Source: Dendrobates tinctorius
Lineage: Eukaryota
DNA length: 64,000 bases
Reading direction: 5' to 3'
Assembly (NCBI RefSeq): GCF_039654945.1
Contig: NW_027361872.1
Span: 8,184,001 to 8,248,000, forward strand
The notes under the pieces are model-generated. The model did not search any database. It was not told the DNA's origin and was given only the letters and a program-made list of their open reading frames with translations. This document shows, piece after piece, positions 37,786 to 53,062 of this stretch. The position numbers were made by a program, and so were the translations under genes. The first letter of the stretch is position 1. Each line of letters starts with the position of its first letter.

Positions 37786-38679
37786 TTACACACTGAACAA
37801 ATAAAGCTTTATAACATGAATGATTCTTGTTTTCTTTAGCATCCTTCTATTCTTGAAGAAGTAAGTTGTAAAGTTGCTTTTCATTGATTTTGAATAATTA
37901 AACGTGAACAGAAGGCTACACCTGTGCTGCTTCCCTCGCATTTTCATTCTAGGTAGGGGTGTCAGAGGTCAGAAACTCACTAATGATAAAGTAATGCATA
38001 TACTTGAGATGCGCCATAACTTCTTTATGAAATAGGAAATATTCATCAAATACTATAGAAAATTAGAATTGCAAAAATTGGTCATAGAATCTGCCAAGAT
38101 TTTGATTCTTTCTAGCAAATACTTAATTTGCCATTCAATCCTGTTAAGATGATGTTAATAAAGTAAAAGGATACATAAATCCATAGGAGTAATTAAAAGA
38201 TGGAGGGCTTGGATTTCCGTGCACGTTGAGTGCTTGGCACCAACATGAGAGCATATGCCAACAAGATTTGGCCCTTAGCATACAAGTATAAGGATAAATT
38301 AGCCAGTTGATTTTTTTTCGATGTTAAGGAAAAACTAGACTAATAGCAAACCTACACATATGCCTTAGTATTCTTTTCTCCTGATGTGGAGTGCTGATTT
38401 TTCAAAGCTAAATTGCAATATTCACAGATGTTACCACCAACACTATCCAGATTTCTAGGAATTATATCACACTCACAGTTGTCAACAGTCCCAAATTCAC
38501 CAAGACTTTCCCAATTTCTTTAGAGCAATTCATGAAGGACACCTACAATTGGTTTGGCGGGCATACATGGGCAGAATTGGGGGCATTCCTTGGCACGATT
38601 GGGGGTTCCTCAACTTTGACAACATCAATATTGGACAGTATGAACACTTCCTTGGACTGTATACTTATCTACATGTCTG

Positions 38680-40216
38680 ACAGCCATTCCATTCCAGTCT
38701 CAGGTGAATTCCAACCAAAGTACACCTCATTCTACTTAATGTGCTTCTGATTAGGTGATAACCTGAACCAAATCTTATTTAACGAAGGAAAGTATAAAAA
38801 ACCCTGCTGTGGTGTTCACAATCCTCTTGCAATAGGACGAGCTGGAAAAACAAGTGCTAGTAATATCCCAAAAGTAATAGGAATGAAAAAATAACTTTTA
38901 ACCATGCCAAAGGAGTTGAAAAGAAAAGTCTTGAGTGAGAACAAAAAGGGCTCAATTCTGGCTTTACTAGCAGAGGGATACAGTGAGTGTCATGTTGCCT
39001 CCATCCTTAAAATATCTTAGACGACAGTCCATTACAACAAGGTCAAGCAGCAGACATTGGGGACAACAAAGCTACAGACTGGCAGATGGCAAAAATTATT
39101 ATCCACTGACCGGGATACCCATCAACTTATTCGAATGTCACTCAGCAACCACAGGATGACATCAAGTGACCTACAAAAGGAATGGCAAATGGCAGCTGGG
39201 GTGAAATGCACGACAAGAACAGTTCGTAACAGACTCCTAGAGGCAGGCCTCAACTCATGTAAAGCTAGAAAAAAGTCTTTCATCAATGAGAAGCAAATGA
39301 GAGCTAGGCTGAAGTTTGCCAAAGACCATAAGGATTGGACCATAGAGGACTGGAGTAAGGTAATCTTCTCTGGTGAGACTAATTTTCAGCTTTGCCCAAC
39401 ACCTGGTCATCTAGTTGTTAGATGGAGACCTGGAGAGGCGTACAAACCACAGTGTCTTGTACCCACTGTAAAATTTGGTGGAGGATTGTGATCATCTGGG
39501 GATACTTCAGCAAGGCTATAATTGGGCAGGTCAATCTTTGCAAAGGACGTATGAATCAGCCACATACAAGGTTATCCTGGAAAAACAGTTGATTCCTTCT
39601 GCTCAGGCAATGTTCCCCAACTCTGAGGACTGGTTTTTCCAGCAGCCAGAAGGACAATGCGCCATGCCACACAACTAGGTCATGTGTGGATGAAGGACCA
39701 CATCAAATCCCTGTCATGGCCACCCCCATTTTCCAGACCTGAACCTCAATGAAAACCTCTGGAATTTAATCAAGAGGAAGATGGCTAGTCACAAGCCATC
39801 AAACAAAGAAGAACTGTTTAAATTTTTGTACCAGGAGTGGCATAAGGTCACCCAAAAGCAGTGTGAAAGATTGGTGGAAAGCATACCGAGACGCATGAAA
39901 GCTGTGATTAAAAATCATGGTTATTCCACAAAATATTGATTTCTGAACTCTTCCTGAGTTAAAACATTAAACGATTATGAACTTGTTTTCTTAGCATTAT
40001 TTGAGGTCTGCAAGCACAGCATTTTTTTGTTATTTTGACCATTTCTCATTTTCTGAAAATAAATACAAAATTTAGTGCTTGCAAATTTAAAGACATGTTG
40101 TCAGTAGTTTATAGAATAAAAGAGCAATTTACATTTTACTCAAAAATATACCTATAAAGAGAAAAATCAGGCAAAATGAAAATTTTGCAGTGGTCTCTTA
40201 ATTTTTGCCAGAGCTG
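38680..40216 (+). mobile_element. Tc1 element with the left end lost; transposase pseudogene ~38904-39939
   Basis: MPKELKRK start, RLKFAKDH..WSKVIFS, PTVKFGGG and GYSTKY* motifs. Right TIR ...ttgccagagctg+TA. Confidence 0.88.
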
Positions 40217-40901
40217 TATATCTCATGTATAGTCACTATAATATCACTGCTGCTAAGATTATCAGAGACCCAAAAAAAGAAAAAGACAGTGGGAACTTAG
40301 AAGGATAAAGTCTGCATTGCAATGAATTTACTAATGTAATATTAATGAGTTTGTATCTGTCAGAGACACTACAATAGTGTCTGGAAAAGTGGCAAAATAC
40401 TGCTGCCAACATAGGCTCCCTCTTGGAGAATGCCCAAAGCTAACTACTGAATGTCAACTAAAAAGTGATTGATACTCACTGGTGACTAATATGTTGTCCC
40501 ACTCGAATCAGAACCTTTTGGTCATCATTGACATTCTCTGACCCTACTCATCCTACTCATACTTCTTTATTTCTTCGGCAGGTCTGGCCTGTTGCCACTG
40601 TCAGGGACTTCATAACACTTTATGTCTGCTGTTAATCAAGAAAATGCTAATGATTTATTGAATATAGTGCGGTGGGATAATGACTCATTCTGTGAGATGC
40701 TTGCAGTCAATGCTGCACATTACACCATGTATATATGGAGCTCAAACAGCATAAAAATAAATGTTTCTTCTCTGAGTCTTTCCTGGAGAAGCCAGGTGCA
40801 CCCTGGAAAAACTAGGGCTAGCGTCAAGTTTACACTCTGCCACTCTTTAAAGATGTCAACTAAAAAACATAGTGGCTCAGTGATTCGAGTCTGACTAAGA
40901 G

Positions 40902-41088
40902 AAGAGTCATATAGCCCTATAACTTGGACAAGGATTGAAACACAATGCTCGGACTAGTTGTCAACTCTCCTGACCAGAGTATAATAGCATGTATTTCTAT
41001 GCAGCTGTCACGCTCGGATTGGGAGAGCCGTCGGCCAGTCCGAGCTCTGCGTTGTGATCCTCATCCGAGTTATACAGCCATTTGACTC
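40902..41088. mobile_element. Old palindromic MITE
   Basis: Imperfect inverted arms agagtcatatagccctataacttgga / tccgagttatacagccatttgactct. Confidence 0.45.
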
Positions 41089-41246
41089 TATGCATAGAAT
41101 TAACATCTTCTCTCTATCTCTGCATGCCTTTTTCCTCCCAGACTCCAAAAATAGACTAACAGGTTAAAGTGAATAGGTCATAAGAAAATTATCTATTGTT
41201 TAAGTTAGTATTTTTTTTGTTTTAATTTTTGATATTTCTATTACTA

Positions 41247-42360
41247 CAACCCCTGACAAAAATTATGGAATCACCGGCCTTGGAGGATGTTCATTCAGTT
41301 GCTTAATTTTGCAGAAAAAAAGCAGATCACAGACATAGCACAAAACTAAAGTCAATTTAAATGGCAACATTCTGGCTTTAAGAAACACTAAAAGAAAGCA
41401 AGAACAGAAAGGGTGGTAGTTAGTAATGGTTACTTTTTTAAACCAAGCATAGAGAAAAAATTATGGAATCACTAAATTCTGAGAAAAAAATATGTAATCA
41501 TGAAAAACAAACTTACAAAAAAAATTCCAACACATCATTAGCATTTTGGTGCACCACCTTCATCAATCTGGCTCCAACTTTCTCTGATTGTTGTTTTTCA
41601 AGTTTAGGTGTTAATGATGGCTTTTGTTTAGCTTTTCTGTATGTAAATGCCATTTCCTTAAGGCTTTTTCTTACAGTTCGGTCACAGACGTTGACTCCAG
41701 TTTCCTCCCATGCGTTCCTCATTTGTTTTGTTGTGCATTTCCTGTTTTGGAGACATATTGCTTTAAGTTTCCGGTCTTGACGCTTTGATGTCTTCCTTGG
41801 TCTACCAGTATGTTTGCCTTTAACAACCTTCCCATGTTGTTTGTATTTGGTCTAGATTTTAGACACAGCTGACTGTGAACAACCAACATCTTTTGCAACA
41901 TTGCGTGATGATTTACCCTCTTTTAAGAGTTTGATAATCCTCTCCTTTGTTTCAATTGACATCTCTCATGTTGGAGCCATGATTCATGTCAGTTTACTTG
42001 GTGTAACAGCTCTCCAAGGTGTGCTCACTCCTTTTTAGATGCAGACTAACAAGCAGATCTAATTTTATGCAGGTGTTAGTTTTGGGAATGAAAATTTACA
42101 GGGTGATTCCATAATTTTTTCCCTCTGAATTGAGTGATTCCATAACTTTTTCCCTATGCTTGGTTTAAAAAAGTCACCATTACTGACTACCACATTTTTT
42201 GTTCTTGATTTTTTTTAGTGTTTCATAAAGCCAGAAAGTTGCCATTTGAATTGACTTTAGTTTTGTACCATGTCTGTGATCTGCTTTTTTTTCTACAAAA
42301 TTAAACAACTGAATGAACATCCTCCAAGGCCGGTGATTCCATAATTTATGCCAGGGGTTG
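41247..42360 (-). mobile_element. Internally deleted Tc1 (IR/DR type)
   Basis: TA-caacccctgacaaaaattatggaatcaccggcc ... ggccggtgattccataatttatgccaggggttg-TA, with ~220-bp arms. An N-terminal transposase fragment (RTVR..AKQKPSLT) remains. Confidence 0.88.
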
Positions 42361-43295
42361 TATATAATGGCCAGTATGCAAAATTCAAGATTTCAGGGTT
42401 TTTTTTAATGGAAAATTATGTGGAAAACTGTAAAAACATTACAAATATTCAATCATAGTGTCCAGTACTTCAACATAGGTGAAATTAGATTGTAATCACC
42501 ATTAGGAGTAGGGATTGATCTACGTACGGTGTTGCAAAATACATTGGGACTACACAAGTAACAGGAATAATCCTAAAAAAACAATGACGACAACTTCTCT
42601 TTTGTAGTCAAGACCAAATCTTTACTGTAAAAAAGAACTTGTCTGAGCTTGAAGACATCAGTGATATTGATATCACACAGTAGTAATAAACTCTATCTTC
42701 CTATTAATATCCACATACATTATTTGTTCATTTTAGTCACGTATGTATACTGCTCCATAACTGCAAGTATTTATTGTGTTTTTTGCTTAACTTACTTTAA
42801 TGTCTTTTTAAGATATTTCTAATCATCTGGTTCAGTAAAGAAACTCAAGAAACCATTACAAAGATTCACGGTAAATTTGTTTCACTAAATACGACCTTTC
42901 ATCTTGAAAAGACTTATTTTGCTAAAGTCTTTTGCCTGTATAAAGTCAACTTAGTCAAATTTTATGTAAGTTTGAAAATACTGGGGTTCATATTTAGGAC
43001 CAGACAGTGCTTCATTCCCAACCATGGAAAAAAAAATGGAAAAATTGAAATCAAACCTATTGTCATTTAGTAAAGGATTTCTAGAAACCCTTGGATGTAT
43101 TTGAGGTTCGTATGTAAAAATTAAATGTCACCAGATCAAAAGTGGACAGTTTTTTCTTTTATTTTATTCCTGTTGTTCACCTGAGTTTCTGTTTTTTTGA
43201 ATCCACCATACAGTTTAAGAGATATGGGACTTGTTATATTGTGTTAATTTTTATGTTAATTTCCAAGCAGGCATTGCCCAAATGATTATTTAAGG

Positions 43296-43735
43296 CAGTG
43301 GTCTCCAACTTTTCTGACCTAGAGAACCAGATTAAGCTCTGAGAGAGGGTCGCAAGCCACATCCAGCTCCCTCTCCCCTCATATTAGTGGTAACCAAAGC
43401 CCCCATTATGGATATAATAACAAAAGCTTTTCCACAGAAATCATTTGAAAGCAGTAGACTGAGATCCAGGGGTTCCCACAATACCCCCATTCAGTATTTT
43501 CCCATCCAGCCCTCCCAACACACTGTCTCATCCAGCTTCAGGCACCTCCTTTGACAGGTAGTATCATCCTGTCTCCAGCATCCAGATCTTCTCTTTTGTG
43601 CAGGGCTACTCACAAAATTCACCATTTTTAGATTTGGTCCTCATTCCTGTTTGGGGGTGAAGCACCAAGCTGGCAGCCACAATTCAAGGGACCGCGAGCC
43701 ACATGTGGCTCCAAGCTACAGGTTGGGAACCCCTG
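43296..43735. mobile_element. hAT/Charlie-type MITE, apparently inside an older T2-like element (~43110-43950)
   Basis: TIR cagtggtctccaac/gttgggaacccctg; TSD atttaagg/atctaagg with central TA. Confidence 0.75.
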
Positions 43736-44432
43736 ATCTAAGGTAACATTTTTAAGCTGCTCAGTATTATTACCCTATAAGCACAACCCCCTTTGTAAAG
43801 TAGTAAAACTATAAAAATTAGCACCAAATCAAATGGCCGACATTTCTGGAACCGTTTAGTGGATTACAAAAATAGAAAACAGAAAACACAGCATGAATAG
43901 AATAATATTAAACAAAAACTGTCTACTTTTCACCTAGTCAAAGGTCATCTTTAAGTCACATTGTCATTTTTTTACATAAATACTGTTCTTATCACATACT
44001 ATCTTGCTTGTGAGCTATTCTATCTTCACCACTAAGGTTGGAACAGGTACACCAGAGCACCACAGAATAATGTGGCCCACGTTCTGACACAAAGTAGACC
44101 CTAGACATCTAGTAGAACCCTTGCTAAACTTAGGAATCAATAAGTTGCCGGCAGGGTCTTTAAACAGATATTTTTGAAACTGGAAAGTCACATATGGGAA
44201 TCATGAAACTGGGATTGAGGGACTTTAATTCTTGAGACCGGTGGTGAGACATTTATGGAAAATACTGTACAGATGAGATGGGAGTTCTCCATTAAATGCT
44301 AAATCCATTTTTATTAGGTTTCTTCCCTTTTTGTCCTAAATTCCACTCTCATTAGAGATTTTAATTCATTTTGTTCTGAAAGGATCTTTTTTTCTGTGCT
44401 CTTTTCAACCCCATGGTCAATCATCTCACCTA

Positions 44433-46070
<1,638 letters not shown>

Positions 46071-48504
46071 TATATGAATCGCCAGGAGGAGCAGAGGAGG
46101 TGACACTGACAACTGATCTGAGCCAAATTTTGGCTCAAAAAAACTAATTGTCAGCGACAAACTCAATTATTCACTGTCTAAACACACTAAATACATTGCT
46201 AATTAGTAGAACATTACTGACGACTATGGAACTGAATTTTATGATCTGGAGCAACATTTCTTTATACGGCCTAGAACTTTTTTTCAACATCAAGAACATC
46301 ATCGATGCAGGTCTCTCTAATTACAAGCTGTAACTCGTTGGTAAAATATTATGTCCCTAGTATTGTACCCAGAAATAAACGATGGTTAAAATAAGCAAGT
46401 AAATTACCAAAAACTAGTTCTATATTGCTCAGCAGTTGTTGGTTTCCAGCATTTCATAACAAAGATGAAGTCCAGTATGTTGAAAGCCTTTAGCTTTCCA
46501 AAAAAATGTATTCCGGCTGCCAATAAATCACAACTGTTTTACCATATGTCACTTTGTACTGCCAAGCATTACCAGTCTGTTCTACTTTTAAGCAAATTTC
46601 ATTATATTATAGCTCAGAGCTCCACTCATTAAAAAGCATTATTAAAAAATGTCAAGATGTTTTCACTACAAAATAGACTTGTCTTTATTTCTGCTGATAA
46701 GAGAATGTGATATATATTATTAATAATATGCCATACAATGCTTTCCATTAAAGAATAATGCTGCTCGTCTCGCGCTACCTTTGATAACCTTGGGATATGT
46801 GGATCACTTTATATTACATAGCAATCTGTTATCGCTTCCCTCCATACATGCCATATCTGTTCTAAACAAAACTTTAGTTTCAAGAATTTGTGTTTTCCTT
46901 TTACTGTAAATTTATATTATCAAAACATTTTATTTTCAAGTACATTCTAATAGTAGGCAAAAAAGGCACGTCAACTGATGTTTACAAATACTAATGGTTA
47001 ATTTAATCTAAATATTAAAATTACCATTACAATACAATAGCTTAGTCAGATATATTGTCAGTGATTGCTCCATCAACTCTAATCAGCTCTGATCAAAAGA
47101 ACCTTTAACCTTTAATTAGTCGCATAGGTACGTAACCATCCATTTCATTAGCTAGGGCACCCCTCAGTAGCTAGGGCGCCCCTCCTTCATCAGTGAAGAG
47201 AGAAACGAGAGGCGCAGCGTCATCAGTTGCATGGCTTGCACCAGAATGATCAGCTCTGACTAGCTCTGCTCCATTTTTATCTTTGTCTATCACTTCTGTC
47301 TAGAGATACAAAACAATATGTTTGATAAGATCACATACGGTAAAATACTGCACATGGATGCCATATCACTCTATCCCTCTGAGAGAGTACATTACTTCCC
47401 TCAGGTGCATTCACATGTATAGGAGTATATTGCTATACTGAATGTCTTCTGTGCTCCGAGGTGGATTTATATAACATCTCAGATTTTTAATTTCTACCCC
47501 AAATTGTAAATGTATTTTTTTCTATAAGATACAATAGGACAATGATTAGAAATTACCGTACGTGTAGAAACAATGACAAGAACGCCTTTTTTTTTTTTTA
47601 ATAAACATGTCATACAAACTACGCCGGTGCGCCAAGATTAACTACGGAGACTTGAAGAAACAGGTAACCACGGGATTCGGTTGCTTGGATACAGGCTGAT
47701 TAGTGCAAGCCTCAGTAGAACACTGGGAAATTCTACCTGATCCTTCAGGGCCATTTGTCAAAGCTGGTAATGATGACAAGGGAATGCTATACTTTGCTGA
47801 AGTCTTCTCATATGACAAACTGCAATTTGACATTAATGAGAAAATGTGATAGAAAAAAAAATACATATTGTCACAACAGCATTAAATGTGCAACGTGAAC
47901 TCGGAGTGCACGTCCAGCAAAAATCCGACAGGAGTCCTCCTGCAGCCGTACAGGCCTGAACGCACAAAGCTAAGAACCCCCTGTCGATAGAGCTGCAACC
48001 ACCGTGTATGGTGAAGAATTTAATAAGGAGCATATTTGTATTCTGCTGTGGTCTACTCCTTACCAGCATTTATCTAAAACGCTAGTCTGGATCTGACAAT
48101 ACTATTAACAGATGCTAGGAAATGAATACCAGTTTGCTTCATTTGGGTAGTTGACAGGCAATAGATATTTAGAAATATCTGTTAAGTGTTTACATTGTCC
48201 GTCTTCAAAAAAAATGATATCACTAAAATACTGTGTAATAGGCATGAGGTTAATAAATACATAATAAATGATGTATAATAAATATAATAGATGATGAAAT
48301 AATACAGTAGAGATTAGCAAATCGATTTGCCAATCCGCTCGGTTTGCTGGGATTATTGATTTAGTGATTTTTCTAACAAATTTGCCAAAAGCAAATCTGC
48401 TACATGTCAAATTAAACCTTCAATGTCTCCAACTGCCAGATTTTCTGGATTTTCATATACAACTTACATTCTTAGTATCGCCAAATACAGAAAATGTATT
48501 TATT

Positions 48505-48745
48505 TTACTCAATTATATAGCGCCATTAATTCCGCAGCACTTTACAGACATTATCATCCCTGTCCACAATGTGTCTCATAATCTACATTCCCTATCAGTA
48601 TATCTTTGGAATGTGGGAGCAAACTGGAGAACACCCACGCAAACATTCGGAGAACATACAAACTCCTTACAGATGTTGTCCTTGGTGGGTTTGAAACTAG
48701 GACCTCAGCACTTCAAGGCCGCAGTGTTAACCACTAAGCTATTCT
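48505..48745 (-). mobile_element. tRNA-derived V-SINE-like element with L2-like 3' tail
   Basis: Minus strand has A box TAGCTTAGTGG, B box GTTTCAAACCC, V-domain-like GGAGTTTGTATGTTCTCC and tail GTAAAGTGCTGCGGAATTAATGGCGCTATAT. Confidence 0.75.
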
Positions 48746-50941
48746 TGAGCATGGTGGCTCAGTGGTAAAAAGTAGGATGATGATCTTATGCTTTTGGAAG
48801 CTTCCTGTTTCATCTCTCATGACAAATATGATAAAAGAAGTCTGGGCATGTGAGATTTTAACTTGTCTGATTCTTTGTACGCAACCTAAAATGAGATGCA
48901 ACCAGAAGTGTCCGATAGTCACATTCCTCTCTTTCCATTGAGACATATACTGGATATAAAAAAATCTTCACACCACTGTTAAAATAATAGTTTTTTTTCT
49001 ATAAAAGTACTCCGCTAAAGTACTTTTGAATTTATGAAAGCATTCATCTTTTTGGGTAGAAATCTATCTGTATGGCACATCTAGAATTGTCAACCTTTTC
49101 CCACTCTTCCCTACAGTAGTGCTGCAAATCAGATTGCGAGAGTGTCTCCTGTGTAAAGTGCCTTCTTCAAGTCACCCTACAGATTTTCAAATTATATTCA
49201 GGTCTGGGCTTTGGATGGAACATTTGAAAATGCTAATCTTTTGGCAAAGGCATTTATTTGTTGATTTGGAAGTATGCTTAGGGTTGTTGTCGTGACATTT
49301 CTATTTTCTGCTTTTTAGCAAAGTCCTGAAGGTTTTATTGTAAAATTGATTATTTTGAACTGGTTATAATTTCCTCCACTTTGACTAAAGCCCCAGCAGC
49401 AGCTTCCAAAAAACTGCCCCAAAGCGTAATTCTGCCTTTACCATTCTTTTGGTAATACGTAGTGTTGACTTTGCGCCAAATATACCTTTTGCAATTATGG
49501 CCAAAAATTTAAGCCTTGGTCTCTTCAGACCATAAAACATGTAAACATATGCTTTTGGCAGACTTTATGTAGGTTTTGGTAAAACACAGTTGGGTGGAGT
49601 TGTTTTTCTTTGTAAGAAAAAGATTCCATCTTGCCACTCTACCCCACAGGCCAGACATATAAAAGATACAGGAGATTGCTGTAATATACAGTACAACTAC
49701 TAATTGCTAGAAATTCATGCAGCTCCTTTAATGTTGCCGTCGTCTTCTTGGCAGCCACCCTGACCTATTTTCTTCTTGTCTTTTAATCAATTTTTGAGGA
49801 ATTCCCAGTCTAGATAATGTGACTGTTGTGCCAAAGGCCTTGGAAGTATGTGTGTACCCTTCTCCTGATTGATAAGTTTCAACAATAAGCTCCCTTTGCT
49901 GTGTTGTAAGCTGTTGATACAGTAGAACTGCTAATTGCTAGAAATTCATGCAGCTCCTTTAATGTCGCTGTTGTCCTCTTGGCAGCCTCCCGAACCTATT
50001 TTCTTCTTGTCTTTTTATCAATTTTTGAGGAATGTCCAGTTTAGGTAATGTTACTGTTGTGCGAAAGGCCTTGGAAATTTGTACCCTACTCCTGACTGAT
50101 AACTTTAAACAATTGAACAATAAGATCCCTTTGCTGTCTTGTATGCTGTTCATGGACCATGGCTGTTGCTGTAAAATGCAACTAAAGGCCCTGTCACACA
50201 CACAGCGATGTCACCAGTGAGATCGCTGATTTTGTGATGCCACAGCGGTCTCGCCAGCGAAATCGCTGTGTGTGACGGGGATCAGCGACCACCCCCCCTG
50301 CCAGGTATCGCAGATCACACTCCATTGTCCTGGGCCATTTTTTGATCATTGGTCTCCCGCTGGCCAGTGCGCATCGCTGTGTGTGATAGCGAGAGACCAG
50401 TGATCAGCGACGCTGGACGCTGGTTTCCAATGTAAACATCAGGTATCTAAGAGCCGCGCGGCTCTTAGATACCCGGTGTTTACATTGGAAACCAGCTTGT
50501 TCGCTAGTCCTGATCGCTGGAGGGGCTATCTATGTGACAGCTCACCAGCGATCAGCCTAGCGATGTCCCAGTGATCCCATCCATGTCAGATCGTTGGTGG
50601 GATCGCTGGGACTTTGTTATGTGTAACGGGTAGAGTTGAGCGACTTTTGGTTTTTTAGGGTCGCGTTTCGTTTCGTGAAACCCGACTTTTCCAAAAGTCG
50701 GGTCGAGCAAGATCGTCCGATTATAGGGAAAAGTCGGGGTCGTCCCGAAACACGAAACCCAATGTAAGTCAATGGGGAATAAAAGTCGGCAGTGAGAGGA
50801 CAGGAAACACACCTACAGTGCCCATTTGAATGCCAAAAGCATCAATTCTTCTTTCTTAAGCTTGTCAACCTTAATTAACTTCATAATACAAGTTACGCAC
50901 TGAAAAATGGGGGTTATTTGGCTACAAACTGTGGGGGGGGG

Positions 50942-51470
50942 AGGGCTGGCTCCAGGTTTTCATGTGCCCTGGGCGAAAGAGCGCCCCTTTAACACATACC
51001 ACAACTCATCATGCTCCGATACGGCAGAGAAATAGCGGTATAGTACAATGAAAAATACCTCACTTTTTACATCTCATGACGAGGCCCATCTATTTCTCCA
51101 TACAGAATCATTGGTCCCATATAATGTTTGAAACAGTATATGATGAGCTCCACATAATGCTACAGTATATGTTGGTCCCCATGGATGAAGCTCCACTGTC
51201 TTATGGGCCCAAATAATGCTCCAAACATAATGGGCCCCATTTCTAATGCTCTAGTGTATAATGGGCCCTGTAAATGCTGCTCCAGTGTCTGATGTCCACC
51301 TTTGGAATGTTCCAGTGTATGGTGGGCCCCATCTATCATTCTCCAGAGTATAGTGCTCCCCAAAAATTGCTGTCCCAACATTGAAAACAATCAAATAAGT
51401 CTCCTCGCTAGGGAATCCCTGTACTTGTCTGGACAGTTGCTGTAGCTTGCTTAACAGCTCGCCAGCCGTT
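50942..51470. mobile_element. Fragment of a different minisatellite-bearing repeat within the hAT
   Basis: Starts agggctggctccagg and contains degenerate ataatgggcccc/ctccatacag units resembling the 29-31 kb minisatellite. Confidence 0.35.
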
Positions 51471-51476
51471 CTCACG

Positions 51477-52641
51477 CCCAGTATGGATTACACGTGATTG
51501 CACAAAGGTGAGAAAGGGTACCGTATCCCCAGATAACATGTATGGATAGCGTACACATTCAAAATATATGTCTCAGGAGGCAGGCTCAGACGGTGTTAGG
51601 CCCAGTATGGATTGCACGTGATTGCACAAAGGTTAGAAAGGGTACCGTATCCCCGGATAACATGTATGGATAGCGTACACATTCAAAATATATGTCTATA
51701 CAGCATGAGGCAGGCTCAGACGGTGTTAGGCCCAGTATGGATTGCACGTGATTGCACAAAGGTTAGAAAGGGTACCGTATCCCCGGATAACATGTATGGA
51801 TAGCGTACACATTCAAAATATATGTCTATACAGCATGAGGCAGGCTCAGACGGTGTTAGGCCCAGTATGGATTGCACGTGATTGCACAAAGGTTAGAAAG
51901 GGTACCGTATCCCCGGATAACATGTATGGATAGCGTACACATTCAAAATATATGTCTATACAGCATGAGGCAGGCTCAGACGGTGTTAGGCCCAGTATGG
52001 ATTGCACGTGATTGCACAAAGGTTAGAAAGGGTACCGTATCCCTGGATAACATGTATGGATAGCGTACACATTCAAAATATATGTCTCAGGAGGCAGGCT
52101 CAGACGGTGTTAGGCCCAGTATGGATTGCACATGATTGCACAAAGGTTAGAAAGGGTACCGTATCCCCGGATAACATGTATGGATAGCGTACACATTCAA
52201 AATATATGTCTATACAGCATGAAGCAGGCTCAGACGGTGTTAGGCCCAGTATGGATTGCACGTGATTGCACAAAGGTTAGAAAGGGTACCGTATCCCTGG
52301 ATAACATGTATGGACAGCGTACACATTCAAAATATATGTCTATACAGCATGAGGCAGGCTCAGACGGTGTTAGGCCCAGTATGGATTGCACGTGATTGCA
52401 CAAAGGTTAGAAAGGGTACCGTATCCCTGGATAACATGTATGGATAGCGTACACATTCAAAATATATGTCTATACAGCATGAGGCAGGCTCAGACGGTGA
52501 TAGGCCCAGTATGGATTGCACGTGATTGCACAAAGGTTAGAAAGGGTACCGTATCCCTGGATAACATGTATGGATAGCGTACACATTCAAAATATATGTC
52601 TCAGGAGGCAGGCTCAGATGGTGTCAGGCACAGTATGGATT
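51477..52641. repeat. hAT-internal tandem array A: 9 units of 130/124 bp
   Basis: cccagtatggatt at 51477, 51601, 51731, 51861, 51991, 52115, 52245, 52375 and 52505, with a diverged end at 52629. Confidence 0.97.
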
Positions 52642-53062
52642 TGACGGCCCAGATTACACAGCGGAGGAGCAGGGAGAGGTAAAGATTGCAAATGCTGGGG
52701 CCCTGCCCAAGCAAGGGGGGCCCACTCGTGGGCGTCGGTACTGGCACTGGGCCCCTCATAGTACAGCGGTGTGTCTGACGGCGGGTGTGCACCACCACCG
52801 TCAGAGACACTTGATTGCACTATGAGGGACCCTGTGCCAGTGCCCGCGCTCAAGAGTCGGCCTACCCACCTGTCCAGGGCAACGGCACTCGCACGGTGTC
52901 GTGCGGTAGGTGGTGACCCCGGCCATGGGGGGGGGGAGGCAGCACAGTTAGGGAGTTTGAGAAAGTGGCATATGTTGATGTTGGACATTCAGCTGATGCA
53001 AAAGGCGAAATAGGTGAAGTACCAGGAAGAGGTGGACCAAAGCAAGCCATTTTTCTGTCACC

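Noticed and set aside
48680-48770. tRNA gene
   Set aside because: The A/B boxes belong to a SINE head joined to a V-domain-like body; no complete cloverleaf.
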